DNA of 64,000 nt from contig NW_024704743.1 of the NCBI RefSeq assembly GCF_018977255.1, positions 108,130,001 to 108,194,000 on the forward strand, given 5' to 3'. The position numbers were made by a program, and so were the translations under genes. Below are positions 26,134-38,803 of the stretch, one piece after another. Numbering within the stretch: position 1 is the stretch's first letter; each line of letters opens with the position of its first letter. The notes beneath the pieces were generated by a model. That model saw only the letters and a list, made by a program, of their open reading frames with translations. It was not told the origin of the DNA and ran no database searches. Source of the DNA: Callorhinchus milii (taxonomy: Eukaryota).

Positions 26134-28604
26134 TGCATTGTATTGTATTAAATTGCACTTTACCTATGGCTGGTGCGGCTCTGCTCTCACTGAATGGTGT
26201 TTGGCTTGTTATTAATGTGACACTGATAAGTGACCCTGATACATTCTCCTTTTCATGCCTTACACCCTCTGAGGGGAGCGTCTCTCATAATGACCAAGTA
26301 AATGGCAGACGTTCAACACAAACTGTCTGCTAAATGTCAGCCCCAGTGATAAGTTTCTGTTTCATGCGATTGATAGAGTACATTCCATATGTGTCATTGT
26401 CAAGCTTTTCCATTATAATATGAGAGATATGTCAAGATTAGGCTACAAGTGGGACAGCAATATAAAACATCAAAGGAAGGACAGCAACTATATTGTATAT
26501 ATCTCACCTTTCATCAAATTTTTTCAATCCATGACTGTGTGCAATTGGCTGCCGTGTTTCGCCCACAAAATATACAATCAGTCCACTTCACAGTATACTC
26601 TGTGAGGCACTTTGAGGCATCGCAGAGATATGATAAGGCACTATATCAAATGCAAGGATTATTATTATGAAAGGCTCTCAGAACAGGAAAACCTTTCTAA
26701 TACATTTACTTTTGGATCAATGAAAGAAGTGACTGAATTTGTCTGTATTAGTGCGTGATTTTGGAGTTTAAGCTATTTATAGCCCAGTTCTATATCCTGT
26801 CTTTTCCCTAAAGACATATCTTCAGTCATTGCCACATTGCTAACTCAGTTATTCCTCGATAAATGGATGTGAGTTCCTGTTCACCTGTTTTTGAGAGAAG
26901 AGAGGCTAGAAATTTCACCTAGTTCTACCGATAAGACTAATTTCGGAGCTTGCAAATTTTGGAAAATTTCTTAAATTTGGTTTTGAAGCTGTTTTCAGCA
27001 AACACAATGTAAGAACTTACCAGCAATTGCATGCTCTGAAATTTATTAAAAAAAAACAAGTTGAAATTGAAATCCCTTGAGTTTTGAATCTGCCTAATTA
27101 TTTTCAATACGATATGAAACAGTAGAATTGGCACAGGATTTGTAAATACTAAATTCTGTTGGTAAGCATGCTGACCGATGGGAACTCAGCTCCAACACCA
27201 GAAAGTGATTATGTCTGTGTGCAGTTACTATGGGATCATACGATGCATGTAAAATTACGCACAGAATTTCACTACTTACAGCTTGTTGGGAATCCCTGCT
27301 GTGATTCTCACATTTTCGATTCTTATGTAAAGTAAGCCTTAGTTGTAAGATGCTTCCCAGCTTCAATTTCACTGGAAATCGAGTACATGTGTAATATAAA
27401 CAGGAGATAAAAAGTCTTTCATGCTCCCCGCCTCATCTGTCCCAAAATCAATCGTCGAGCATTCAGCCATTCTCTAGAACGCCATAATAGAGTCCCTCCG
27501 GCTTGGCGCCTCTCTTTGCACTTTTAAAACAGATCTTCAGATTTATCTCTTCAACCATACTTTCAGTTGTTTCAATAATAGTCCTTGCACTTGATATAGC
27601 ATCTTATTACATGTCGAGTTATCTCAAAGCATTTCACAGCATTTATTGTAAAGTGTATTGTGTTGGCAAACATGGGTGCCAATTTGTGCACAGCAATATC
27701 CCACAAACAAGCACAAAGTGATTAACCAATCCCCCCCAACACCCACCCCCCCCGCCCCCCGACACACACACACCTCCCATCACACTCCAGCTCGGGTGCC
27801 CAGTTTTTCATTCTTTACTCCTTTTGTTCCACCATCAGTGGTTGAGCCCTGCCCTCTGCGACTGATACAAACCACTTTGCCTTGCAGCCTCCACTTTTCC
27901 TGTCTTCAAGAACCGCCTAAAAACATGCAACCGTGTCTTTGATCAACATCTTAATGTCTCTTATTAAATTTAACATCTTAATCTGTTTGGCTTCTCCTGC
28001 TACATTCATCAAGCCCTCTAAAATATTATTTTGTTTGAAAGAATCTATATAATTGCAAGATGTTACCATTATTTGTCACTCTGCAGTATACATACAAAAT
28101 ACACAGTTCATTACATTTTACAGTAAAATTCCTGTAAAATTTGCATTTTAATTATCACTTTATAACATTGTTAAAGCATCAGATGGTTTGAAAATATGAT
28201 GTCATTGTATACAATGCAAGGATTATTATTATGATTATCATTATTTGTCCAAGGAAACGGATCAGTTTAGTTCTGTAACACTTTGGTGTGAGTTTCTAAG
28301 AAATAAATATGTTGATCACATTTATTTCATACAATTCAACGGAACCTTCCTGAAATGTCTTGTACCTTCAAAGAAACAGCTTTGTTCTCTTATGGTGGGA
28401 GTAGGACAGGAAATCAGAGCACCAATATCCTAGTACCCTTCATTCAGCCAATTCCAACATCTCCCAGAAACTTGATCAGAACAACATTGGCAAAGACAAT
28501 GCAACAGCCCTTTAGCCAGAGAATATTGAATGGTGGATCTGAGGCCCGTTATCTCATAGTTTTTGTCGTACATTTTAAGGTTGTGCACAATATTGGATAA
28601 TTGC

Positions 28605-29260
28605 TTGTCTCAGTTGGTCGCACCCTCACCTTGGTGGTCAGAAGGCTGTGGGTTCAAGCCTCACGTCGGGATTTTGAGCTCACAATCAAGGCTGGCACTC
28701 CATTTAGTTCTGTGGGGGAGTGTTGTAGCATTGACAGAGTTCCCGTCCGGCAGTTCATATGTTAAAGCAAGTTCCATTTGCCTGTTCAAGTGGACGATAA
28801 AGATCCTCATATCTGATATAGTGCCATATCAGGCTTTGAGAAGTCTCAAAGTGTTTACTCTATTTATTGTACAATGCAGCAACAGTATATCTTTAGGCAA
28901 ATCCACCAACCAATTTGTGCACAACAATGTTGTACAAACAGCTGTGAGGTGAATTAACAATTTTATCTGGGGGATCCTTGGACAGGAGAAACTGAGAGAA
29001 ACTTTCCTCTATTCAAATGATTCCATGGCAATATTCAAAAAAGAAGGCAGTTCCTCATGGTCTACTGGCCAACAATTAATTTAGGTAAAAATATTGGTCA
29101 ATCACTTCGTGGCTGTTTGTGGAACATTGCTGTAAACTAATTCGCTGCTGCTTTCACCTCTAAAGAAACAGTCATTGTACATTACAGAGAATCTCTGTGA
29201 AGTGCTTTGAGATGTTTTGACATGATAAGGGACTATACAAATGGAAGAATTATTATTAAT
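28605..29260 (+). mobile_element. Deu-domain SINE interrupted by an inverted 3' half of the same family (~28810-29025)
   Basis: Head at 28605 runs to AAGATCC, an inverted segment follows, then the element resumes at CCATGGCAATATTC through the tail. Confidence 0.78.
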
Positions 29261-29319
29261 TTAGTTTCTTTAAGAACTGCTGAAAAGAGAAGAAAGAAAC
29301 ATAGTAGTTCCAACATCTC

Positions 29320-29562
29320 ACATAGAAACATAGGAGTAGACCATTCAGCCCCTCGAGTCTGTTCCGCCATTCTATAAAATCATGACTGACCTGTACCTCA
29401 AATCCAATTACCCATTCTTGCCCCATATCCTGTAACTGTAGTGGAGTCCTGTAGCTCAGTAGTTAGAGCACTGGTCCTGCAAGCGGGAGACCTGGGTTCG
29501 ATTAAAAACCTCAATCAGATCACCCCTCAACCTTCTAAACTCAAGGGAATAGAGACCAAGTT
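29320..29562 (-). mobile_element. CR1 3' end with an embedded SINE head (29441-29501, +)
   Basis: CATAGAAACATAGGAGTAGACCATTCAGCCCCTCGAG is a CR1 3' tail in antisense; GTGGAGTCCTGTAGCTCAG head lies inside. Confidence 0.72.
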
Positions 29563-31859
29563 TAGCGACCAAGAAAATATTAATACAGATAACAACACAG
29601 AACTGACGAGGCATCAAACACAGAGAACATTTATTTTTACTGGCCTGTGAAATGGAAAATTGTGTCCTATTACTTAATGGTGCAAAACACAGTCATCAAA
29701 AGGGTGAACTCTTTGGCTTCTCTGTACTGTATCTGTTATTAACAAGGTACAATTTATAACGACACATTTGCTGACTGTGAGATTAGTTTTTTTTATAACA
29801 AGGAGGGTCTTTAGAAAATGAATACATTCAGAATCCCAGAAGAAAAGCTACTGAACTAATACATGTAAAAAAGTGTCCTTTTGGGTCACTGCCTAGCATA
29901 GGTCATTGTGAAGACCAGTGACCTTTGTTATTAATGAGAGGAGTGGGTAGATGATTGTTGCCTGGGGACATCATATATGAACTCTTGGGACTGTTTCCAC
30001 AGCAACACTGATAGTCCAAGACAGATGCAAACTCTCCAAGCAGGAAAGTTACACAAAGGAAATACTGAGTCTCATGAATAATGGAGTTTGCTGATGCTTA
30101 ATCAAGTACACTGACAGCGGGAAGATCTTTCCTTAATCGAGTTACAGAGTGGAACCTTGAGGATCTGTGGCCACAATTCTCCCTCTCGCTGATTATCCGT
30201 CGTGTTTTCTGCACCCAACAATCCATCTTTAGATCCGAGTGACAATGTTTATAAACTCTCCAAATATTGTAGTTTGTTTCATGATAGAATTGCTTATGAT
30301 AATAATTCTTGTGTTTGACATTGTGCTTATCAGGTTGTCGAAACGATTCGAAGCTCTAAACAGGATTTTTACTATAAAATATAGTGTCTGTGTATTTAAT
30401 AATAATCATTACATTTGATACATCGCCTTTCACGTTGGGAGGATGTCTCAAATAGCTTCAGTCATATCATGGGATCTTAAATGTCCATCTGAACACGCAG
30501 GTGGGCCACAGTTTAACATCTCAGTCGAAGGACGTGCTCTCCCAGTACTGCATTGGAGTGTCAGCAGACTATATGGGTTCCAAGTCCCAAAGTGGGGACT
30601 TGGAAGTGAGTGTAACTTGATGCCACAACCATCTGACGTGAAAGGTGCTCTATAAATGCAATCTTGTTGTTGTTGTCTGACTCAGAGGTGAGAGTGCTAC
30701 CAACTGAGCCAGGCTGATTCGTCTTTACTTCCACATAATCATTCCTTTGTGTTTGTGTGTTTGTTTATGTGTGCGTGCATGTGTTTGTGTGTGGGTGGGG
30801 GATGGGGGGCATGGACAACTGACTAAGAATTCACTGACTCTGGAAAACATCTGGTCGTGAACAATGAATTCAGATGTTAACTCATTCCCCAGGACATGTT
30901 ACTTAAGGCTCCTCCTAATCACATGTTGCCTCAAATGCCCTGTTGATCTTCACTTGCTAACAAGAGTATCCATCCCCTTGCAGATGATTCCCCTCCCCCA
31001 ACGATTGTTAAGGAAAATCTCCCTTAAAGTTACTGTATTTATTTTGTTCATCCAAAAAAAGAGATTGTGTTTATAAACTGCACCCTTTATGGGTGAATTG
31101 CTATAATTCTTGTGGTGATTTACTGTGTGACACGTGCAGCATTCCACTCCTGAGACCTTCCGGAGGAATCAATTTAGGTTCTCTCTCTCCTCACCTCAAT
31201 GGTCTGTTCAACCGTCTTGGGTGGTCCATTGGACTGTTTTTACTGCTTAGAGCAGCAATTCTATTTTCGGTTGTTAGTCTTCTAACACATTCGACGTGGT
31301 GCTGTAGTGAGTACTGTATAAATCAGGCCTCCTGCTCCAACATCACTCTAATTCCAGGAGTAAAAACAAAGCAAAATAGCTTACAATACTTGATATAAAA
31401 AAGCAAGTTTTACTGACTTAATGAACTTTCTGGCACACATTAAACAAGTGAAATATTCCCCCATTTTAAAACCAAGGTAGTCAGTGTCTCTTGCCTCAGT
31501 ACAGCAAAAATAACAACATCTTGCATGTATATAGCTCCCTTCATGTAGAATAACATCTTGGAATGCTTTTCAATGGGGGAAGGGGCAGGTGAAAATAGAT
31601 GCAGTTGAAGGGATAGGTTTTAAGGCGGGACTTGTAGACAGATAGAGAATGGGTCAGGTGGATGGGTTGAGGTTGGAAGCTCCAGGGGTTAGGAGTGTAG
31701 AAGTGGACAGCTCAGTTGCTGATAATGGGGCAAAGAGGGCAGCGAATGCCTAGTGGAAGGGGCACTCTGTCTGCCACCTTACTTTGCTCCTTCCATCAAA
31801 TGAGATACAATTGTAATCAGCTCTTAGACCAAATCACTACACCAAGAGCTAAAGTACAC

Positions 31860-32535
31860 TTTAGTAAAATGCCCTTTATTATAATAAAGTGCTTTACAGG
31901 ATTTACTCTGAGGTGGAATCTCTGTGGCATTTGGAGGCAAACACAGCAGGCCAAATGCGTGTATTTTACCTGGGGGATTGTTGGCCAAGTCAGCGGGAGA
32001 AACTTCCTTCTCTTTTCGAGTAGTGGCATGGAATCTTTTAACAGGTAGATTTAACGTGTTTTAACATCTCAACTAAAGAACGGCACCTCCGACATTGCAA
32101 CACACCCACAGCACTGTACTGGAGTGTCATCTTAGATTGCTGTGAGTTCAAAGTCCCAACATGCGGCTTTAACCTATAACCTTCTGACTCAGAGGCGAGA
32201 GGTCTGCTCCATATCCCCCACCCCAACCGCCCTACCATCGGTGGCCGGGCCTTCAGCCTCTCAGCCCCTAGGCCTTGGAACTCTATACCCCAGTGCCTTC
32301 GCCTTGCCTCCTCCCTTTCCTCCTTCAAGGCCGGTCTCAAGACCTTTCTCTTTGACCGCGCCCCTCGCCTCTCGACTCTCTACCCCCTCCTCGCTCCCTC
32401 CCCTCACCATTTCCCCCCTGCTTGGGTCCTGACCCAACTGTACAGCGCCTTGGGACGTCCTCCCGACGTGAAAGGCGCTCTATAAATGGAATCCTGTTGT
32501 TGTCGTTGTTGCTAACAACTGAGCCAGGCTGAAAC
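31860..32535 (-). mobile_element. Deu-domain SINE, split in its tRNA head by an L2 insertion
   Basis: Deu motifs at 31970-32200; the head resumes at CTAACAACTGAGCCAGGCTG after the L2 tail. Confidence 0.8.
32201..32510 (+). mobile_element. L2 LINE 3' end, young subfamily
   Basis: Close match to 10241-10620 (reverse) and 58130-58454; perfect hairpin and (TGT)n tail. Confidence 0.92.
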
Positions 32536-33509
32536 CAGCAGCTGGACATTTTTTATAAGGGGACTTTTTCATCATGGCAATAAAGTGAAATAATGAGTAA
32601 TCATTCTGCCAATAAATCATTGCACGGAAAGAGATATACTGTTTGAATTAAATCAATCAATACACACAATATTAGATTATACAGTTAACACTAAATTCCG
32701 TGACATTCGGCTTTTTTAAGAAATGTGTTAAAGTAGCATTATATGTGGTGGTAACATAAAAATGAGCAATATCAATTCTGAAGTGCATTTTTAAAGAATC
32801 TAATCTGTACAGACAAGCCATCAATCTTGTGGGGTATGACTGTCTAAAATTCAGCCATCGTGTAGATGCTCCAACATTACCCCTGGAGCTTCCAACCTCA
32901 ACCCGCCTTGTGAGTTTCAGCCTCCATGTATCTCAATCTATAATCCCCAATATATGGTTGACATACACAAGCAACATAGAGGTGGTCCTTCGTTATATAT
33001 TGTTTTCCATTGATCACAGAGGAACCCATCCATCATAGTGACTAAGCCAGGTTCAGTTGGTAGCACTTTCGCCTCTGAAATGTTCTCCTGTTGAGGTTCG
33101 TTTGTGAGTGGTTAGCACAATCATCTCAACCATAAGTGACAGGATCATGGGTAGGATTGAGCTCCTGGCTGTAACTATGCAATGGATCCTCTATTGGTTA
33201 GGATTGTTATTGCAGTACTTTCGATCTGCCGTCACAAGAGATATTAAAATGCAGAGCTCACTTGGGAACTTGGTCACCAGGCTCAGGCCAGGCTTGACTT
33301 CCTGGAGAGGTGATCCAATCACCTGACTTTCTCGGGTGTCGTGGAGATAGTTTCAGATCCGCATTGTCCTTTGGCAATTTGGGGCTCAGAAGAGTTGGTA
33401 GGCGGAGGGAATGGGGCTTGTCAGCGGGGACAACTAAATGAGACGTATTCGGTCTAATTTGGTTAATAGGAGGTGAGCAGACCTAACCTTGATCTGCAAT
33501 AAAAGAAAA

Positions 33510-33850
33510 CACTCGCCTCTGCCTCAAAAGGCTGTGGGTTCAACCCTGTCAAGACTTTGAACTCACAGACTAAGCTGACAATCCAGCGCAGTGCTTGGAA
33601 AGTGTTGCATTGTCGGAAGCCCCGTCCTTTGGATGAGACATTAAACCGAGATCCCATTGCTTGTTCTGATGGACTTTAAGGAACACGTTGCACTACTTTA
33701 AAAAAGGCAGTTTCTCCAGGTGTTCTGGCCAACAATTCCCCAAATAAAATCAGTCAAGGTTGTTTATGGGACATTGCTGTGTGCAAATTGGCTGTCGGGT
33801 TTGCCATAGGAATTCCACTTTACAGTGAATCATGTGAAGCGTTTTGAGAT
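33510..33850 (+). mobile_element. Deu-domain SINE
   Basis: CACTCGCCTCTG...GGCTGTGGGTTCAA head; GATGAGACATTAAACCGAG and GGGACATTGCTGTGTGCAAATTGGCTG Deu blocks. Confidence 0.82.
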
Positions 33851-35484
33851 TTGTGTGCAAACGCATGATAAGTTTAGTAACTGTTTTTGTAGTTCAAATG
33901 GACTTGTGAAAATGGATAAACAGCTAGGGACTGCTTCCATTCCTAATTGTTATCCAGTGACATTAATAATGCCTGTGTCTGTTTCGTTTCACGTTGCTGA
34001 AGCCATTTAAAGAGTCATCCCATTCCCCTGCTCCCTTCCCACTCCCTTTAATATTCCTCTTTTTTCAAATTATTTATCTAACTCCCTCGTAAAGTAAGTT
34101 ATGGACTCTTCTACAACAGTTTAATATGTGACAGGATGGTTCAGTCTTCGACCCCACTTCAATCTGAAAGAAACCGAATACAATTATGGCTTGTGCAAAC
34201 GTTTGCTGTATATCAAGTTCATTTGATAGAGGTTTCCATTATCCTGAGCTTCCTGCTGGAAGCCAGCATAGCTTTTGTTTCTCTGTGCTTCTGACGTGCT
34301 GTTTTTTCAGCAATGACCTGTTTGTCATCCCCTGTGTACACACATCACGGAGCATTGGCAGAGAATCCAAAACAGGTGACATACGTGACATAATTCCCAT
34401 CCAAACTCTTGGCACAATTAGCCAGAAGGGGAAATGTTACAATGTTAAAACTACAGAGGCTTAAAAACAACCACATGAAAGAAGATTTTGTAAATAGCTA
34501 AGTATGTCTTGCCTCTGGGTCAGAGGTTGTGGTATTGATGGATTCATGGTATATGAAATGTAATAATAATATAATAATAATAAATCTTACATTTGTTACG
34601 GTATCTTGTCACGTAATGGAAATGTCTCAAAGTGCTTCCAGAATTTTACTGTAAATTTAAGAGATTGGAAATTTTGCACATTTTACCTGCAAATTGTATT
34701 TGTAGGCAAAATTTACAACTGCAGCAAAGTATTGCTAAGAACAATTAAAGTTTTTTTTTGCCAATATTAACCAATAAATATCAATTAATTTCACCAGTGG
34801 AAGACAATCGGTGAAAACAATTTTAACAATAATAATTGCACTGTGCACAAAATTGGCTGCTGCGTTAATCTGCAATACACAATCACAGCACTTCACAGAA
34901 AAAAATTCCTGAGAAGCGCATTGAGAAGTTTCATCAATGTGATGAGAATCTATATCAAAATGCAAGGCTTATATTATATGGTCTAGGCTGACACTCCAAT
35001 CCAGTGACGGGAGTGTGCTGCATTCTTGACTTTGACGTCTTTCAGATGAGACCTTAAAGCAAAGGAGTCTGCCTTTTCAGGTGGATGTTAAAGATCCCAT
35101 GGCACTACTTAAAAAGAGAAGAGAGTTTCTGTATCAAATGCAAGGACTATTATTATATGTATTTTTATCCTGGGTCAATGAGTGATCTCAGGAGTTGTTA
35201 TAATGCACATGGGATTCTTGCTGGAAGCACAATTTACGCCTCAAGGTGCTTTTTTTCCAGCAGTAAAAGACACTGTTGTCTCAGGAGCCCTTTTTCCATC
35301 CCAATATTTCCTCAGTTGCCCTCAATCTACAAAAATAATTTTATAAACTTTTCCATAATTGTGAAGTCCTCCACTACATTATCCTATGTGAAGGACCCCA
35401 CATAAATGCAAGTTGTCATTACGAATTTCAATTTGATTGTAAAAGACAGTAAATAAGCCTTTACTACGAATCACAGGCTTTAAA

Positions 35485-35666
35485 ACAATAATAAATTGGT
35501 CACTTCAATCCTCGACTGTTTGTGGGACATGCTGAGTGCAAATGGCTGAAGCGTTTCGGCCACAAATATACACAGTCAATTCACTTTGCAGTATATTTTG
35601 TAAAGCGCTTTGAGACAGCTGGAAGACCTGAAAAGCACTATATCAAATGCAAGGATTATTATTATT
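35485..35666 (+). mobile_element. tRNA-SINE 3' half
   Basis: AAATTGGTCACTTCAATCC...ATCAAATGCAAGGATTATTATT. Confidence 0.82.
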
Positions 35667-36324
35667 CACACTGCATATGAATGTAAGCTAACTTTCTTTT
35701 TCCATGCCTATCTCACCAAAGCTTGGTGCTGTCATGGGAAGAAGGCAGACTGGGTATTCTGGAAGGATGAAATCAGTAGGCTTCGACCAAATAACAGAAC
35801 AACCACCTGCATGTATATAGTGCCTTTCACATGGGGTATCGCATGCTGCTCTCTGCAGGCCAGCAAAGCAATTTCACGCCTGCTGACCTGTTTATGCAAC
35901 AGTCCTGAAGGTGAACTTTAGTCATTTGGAACATTTTTGTTTGAAAGTTCTGCTTTGAAAACTAGTGACCAATGGATTTATCAAATGGAATAAAAGGTTA
36001 GTTCTATTAACCCATTTATTAATGAAACACAATACAGTTTCAAGAAAGACATATAATTGGGCTAATTCCCATGAATGTAATGCTCATAAGTCCTCTTTCA
36101 GTATTCCTGCCGTGTGTCTCTGCATTTATTTTTTCCAAGTTAATAAAATATATCACTTGCTTCTATTCTAGGCTTCATTTTTCTTTTTTAATATTAATCC
36201 TTTTTTTTCAAATGAACATTTTTAAGTATTAATATACTTGCAGGGAGGCCACAGTGTCAAATTGCTCTAGGATAGAACGCGATTAATGAATAAAGATTCT
36301 TAAATTATTTTTCAGAAAGGTGGG

Positions 36325-36770
36325 AAGCCAGTGTTAGAGAGATAGGAGGGTGCCAAGAAATGGAGGGATTTAAACACTAGAGTGAAGATTTAAACACTAG
36401 AGTCAAGATCTAGAGTGAAGATCTTGAAGTCGATCCACGCTGTGACAGGGAGCCAGTGGAATTTGGCAAGGACTGGAGTAATTGGGGTACGAAGTTTGGT
36501 GCAGGTGAGAATGCGGGCGGCGGAGTTTTGAATGAGCTGAATTTTGTGAATAGTGGAGGAGGGGAAACCAGCGAGGAGGGCATTAGAGTAGACCAGCCGA
36601 AAGGTGACAAAGGCATGGACAAGAGTTTCGGCAACTTTTGGGGTAAGGTATTGACAGAGATGGGCAATGTGGCAGAGGTGGAAGAAAGCAGTGCTGGTCA
36701 GGGACCGGATGTGGGGGAGGAAGAATAACTGAGGATCAAACCTGATGCCTAAGTTGCGCACGGGTTCGGA
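36325..36770 (-). mobile_element. L2 LINE internal ORF2 fragment
   Basis: RNLGIRFDPQL...ETLVHAFVTFRLVYSNALL...IQNSAARILT...HWLPVTAWIDFKI. Confidence 0.9.
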
Positions 36771-36809
36771 GAATTATTGACTGGAAACTTCAAAACCAGA
36801 TCTTTATAA

Positions 36810-37345
36810 CATCAACAATCCTTATATTTGACATGATACTATATTATGTCGAAACGTCTCAAAAAGTACATCACAGAATTGTAAAGTATTGTCCAGTTCT
36901 AACAAAGGGTCGTGGACTTGAAACATTGACTCACTTTCCTTTCTACATAGATGCTGCCTGACCTGCTGAGTTTTCCCAGCTCTCTGTTTTTGAATTGTAA
37001 AGTATAGTGACTGTATATTTTGCAGGTGAATAAAGCAGCCAATATGTTCACAGCAATGTCCCACCAACAGCCATGAAATTAATGACTATTTTTATCCTGG
37101 GATTGTTGGCCAGGACACTGGGAAAAAACTCCCTTCTCTTTTCAAATAGTGCAATTGGATATTTAATGTGCACCTAAGCTTACAGACTTGGTTTCATGTC
37201 TCATCTGAAGGACAGTATGCCCATCAATATAGTATTCCCCCAGCACTGCATTGGAGTATCAATCTAGATTATGAGGTCAAAGTCCTGATGTGGCGCTTAA
37301 ACCTGCAACCTTCTGACGGAAAAGGCAAGAGTGCAACTGACAGAC
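36810..37345 (-). mobile_element. Deu-domain SINE, near full length (host of the 36890-36991 insert)
   Basis: Tail at 36810-36889, Deu blocks at 37005-37260, and head at ~37300-37345. Confidence 0.8.
36890..36991 (+). mobile_element. Short insertion resembling a Penelope-like element terminal repeat, with 14-bp TSD
   Basis: Flanked by GAATTGTAAAGTAT at 36876-36889 and 36992-37005 inside a SINE; contains AAGGGTC..GACTTGAAAC...AGATGCTGCCTGACCTGCTGAG, recalled from chondrichthyan Penelope-type repeats. Confidence 0.65.
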
Positions 37346-37361
37346 CGACACCTGCCTTATT

Positions 37362-37723
37362 ATAATAATAATCCTTGCATTTGATATAGTGCCTTATCAC
37401 ATCTTCGAGACTTCTCAAAGCGCTTCACAGAATCTGTAAAGTTCATTGACTCTATATTTTGTGGGCAAAATGTGGCAGCCAATTGCACTCAGCAGTTTCC
37501 CACAAACATTCGTGGATTGAGTTACCATTATTCTTTTAGAGGAATCATTGCCCCTGGAAAAGCGATCCGCCAATCGACTAACAATCGGGTTCCTACTTAC
37601 TGCTAGGTAAACAGAGGCATTTGGAGTAAGGAAACCTGGCTAAGGTTTTGTCCTGCCTGGGAATCAAACCCAGATCAGTTTGCTTGCAAAATGAGCGTGC
37701 TAACCACTAAGCTACAGGACTCC
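37362..37723 (-). mobile_element. tRNA-derived SINE, long form
   Basis: Full layout; the head shares private variants with 1298-1440. Confidence 0.9.
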
Positions 37724-38483
37724 TATATTATATAATATTGCATAGCATAGGGGTCAACTATGTCTGACTGGCTTTTTGATCCATTCAATTGAACAATCCA
37801 CTCAGCTGAATATACTGCTTTGTGAGTTTGTCAGTTTATGTGTTGAACCCAACTCAACACTGGAACCGCATTGATTTGAATATTCATTCCTTTTGAAGTG
37901 ATGTCTCAACAGTTGGAATATTTTGATTTGTTTCTCTTCAGAAGTTTCATCTCTAATATTCAAAGCAGATAAGACAATCTGTAGGCATTTTGTATTGGGG
38001 GATATTCCGAGCAAGAGCTTTTAGGTGATACAAATGTGAGGGAATCTAAATTGATCCACTATTGATCCAAAGTGTTCAAGCAGAATTGTTAAGAATGGTT
38101 CATTTGGCAGAAAAGATTTAATACCATTGCTCAAACTATTTCACTTCAAGCATCAAGATACATCATATCATTTTTGGCAATTTGTGGTTAAACATGTTGC
38201 CTTATTCTGATTTTGACCAATATATAATAAGCAGAATTGGGTTTAATTTGCAGTCATTGTGCATTGTTTGGGGTTTACATCAGAACCTCACTAATCCGAT
38301 CACTCAAGTAACTGGGCAAAAGTGACCTACTTAGAGAGGTGACCTGATTACTGAAACAGGTCGGGTGATTCAGATCACTGAAGTAATGTTAAGGGCATTG
38401 GAGATGAACATTCAACAACCATACTTTGCAATCTCATTAAAAAAAGGTATTGTCACATTTAAAACAAAAACTGTCATGTATTT

Positions 38484-38799
38484 AATAATAATAATAATCC
38501 TTGCATTTGATATAGCGCTTTTCACGTCGGAAGGATGTCCCAAAGCGCTTCACAGAACACACTTTAGAGTGAATTGACTGTATATTTGTGGGGGAACGCG
38601 GCAGACAATTGCACACAGCAATGTCCCACAAACAGTCGTAGATTGAAAATGTCCAATTTAATTATTGTTTTTGGTTTTTGGAGGATTATTAGGCGTGTGG
38701 AGGAAGGAAACTTGCCCAAGGTTTCGCCCTGCCTGGAATTGAACTCAGGTCTCTCGCTTGCAAAGCGAGTGCTCTAACCACTGAGCTACAGGACTCCAC
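38484..38799 (-). mobile_element. tRNA-derived SINE, short young form, with ATTT TSD
   Basis: Full element; ATTT at 38480-38483 and 38800-38803; absent from the paralogous site near 822-828. Confidence 0.93.
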
Positions 38800-38803
38800 A
38801 TTT

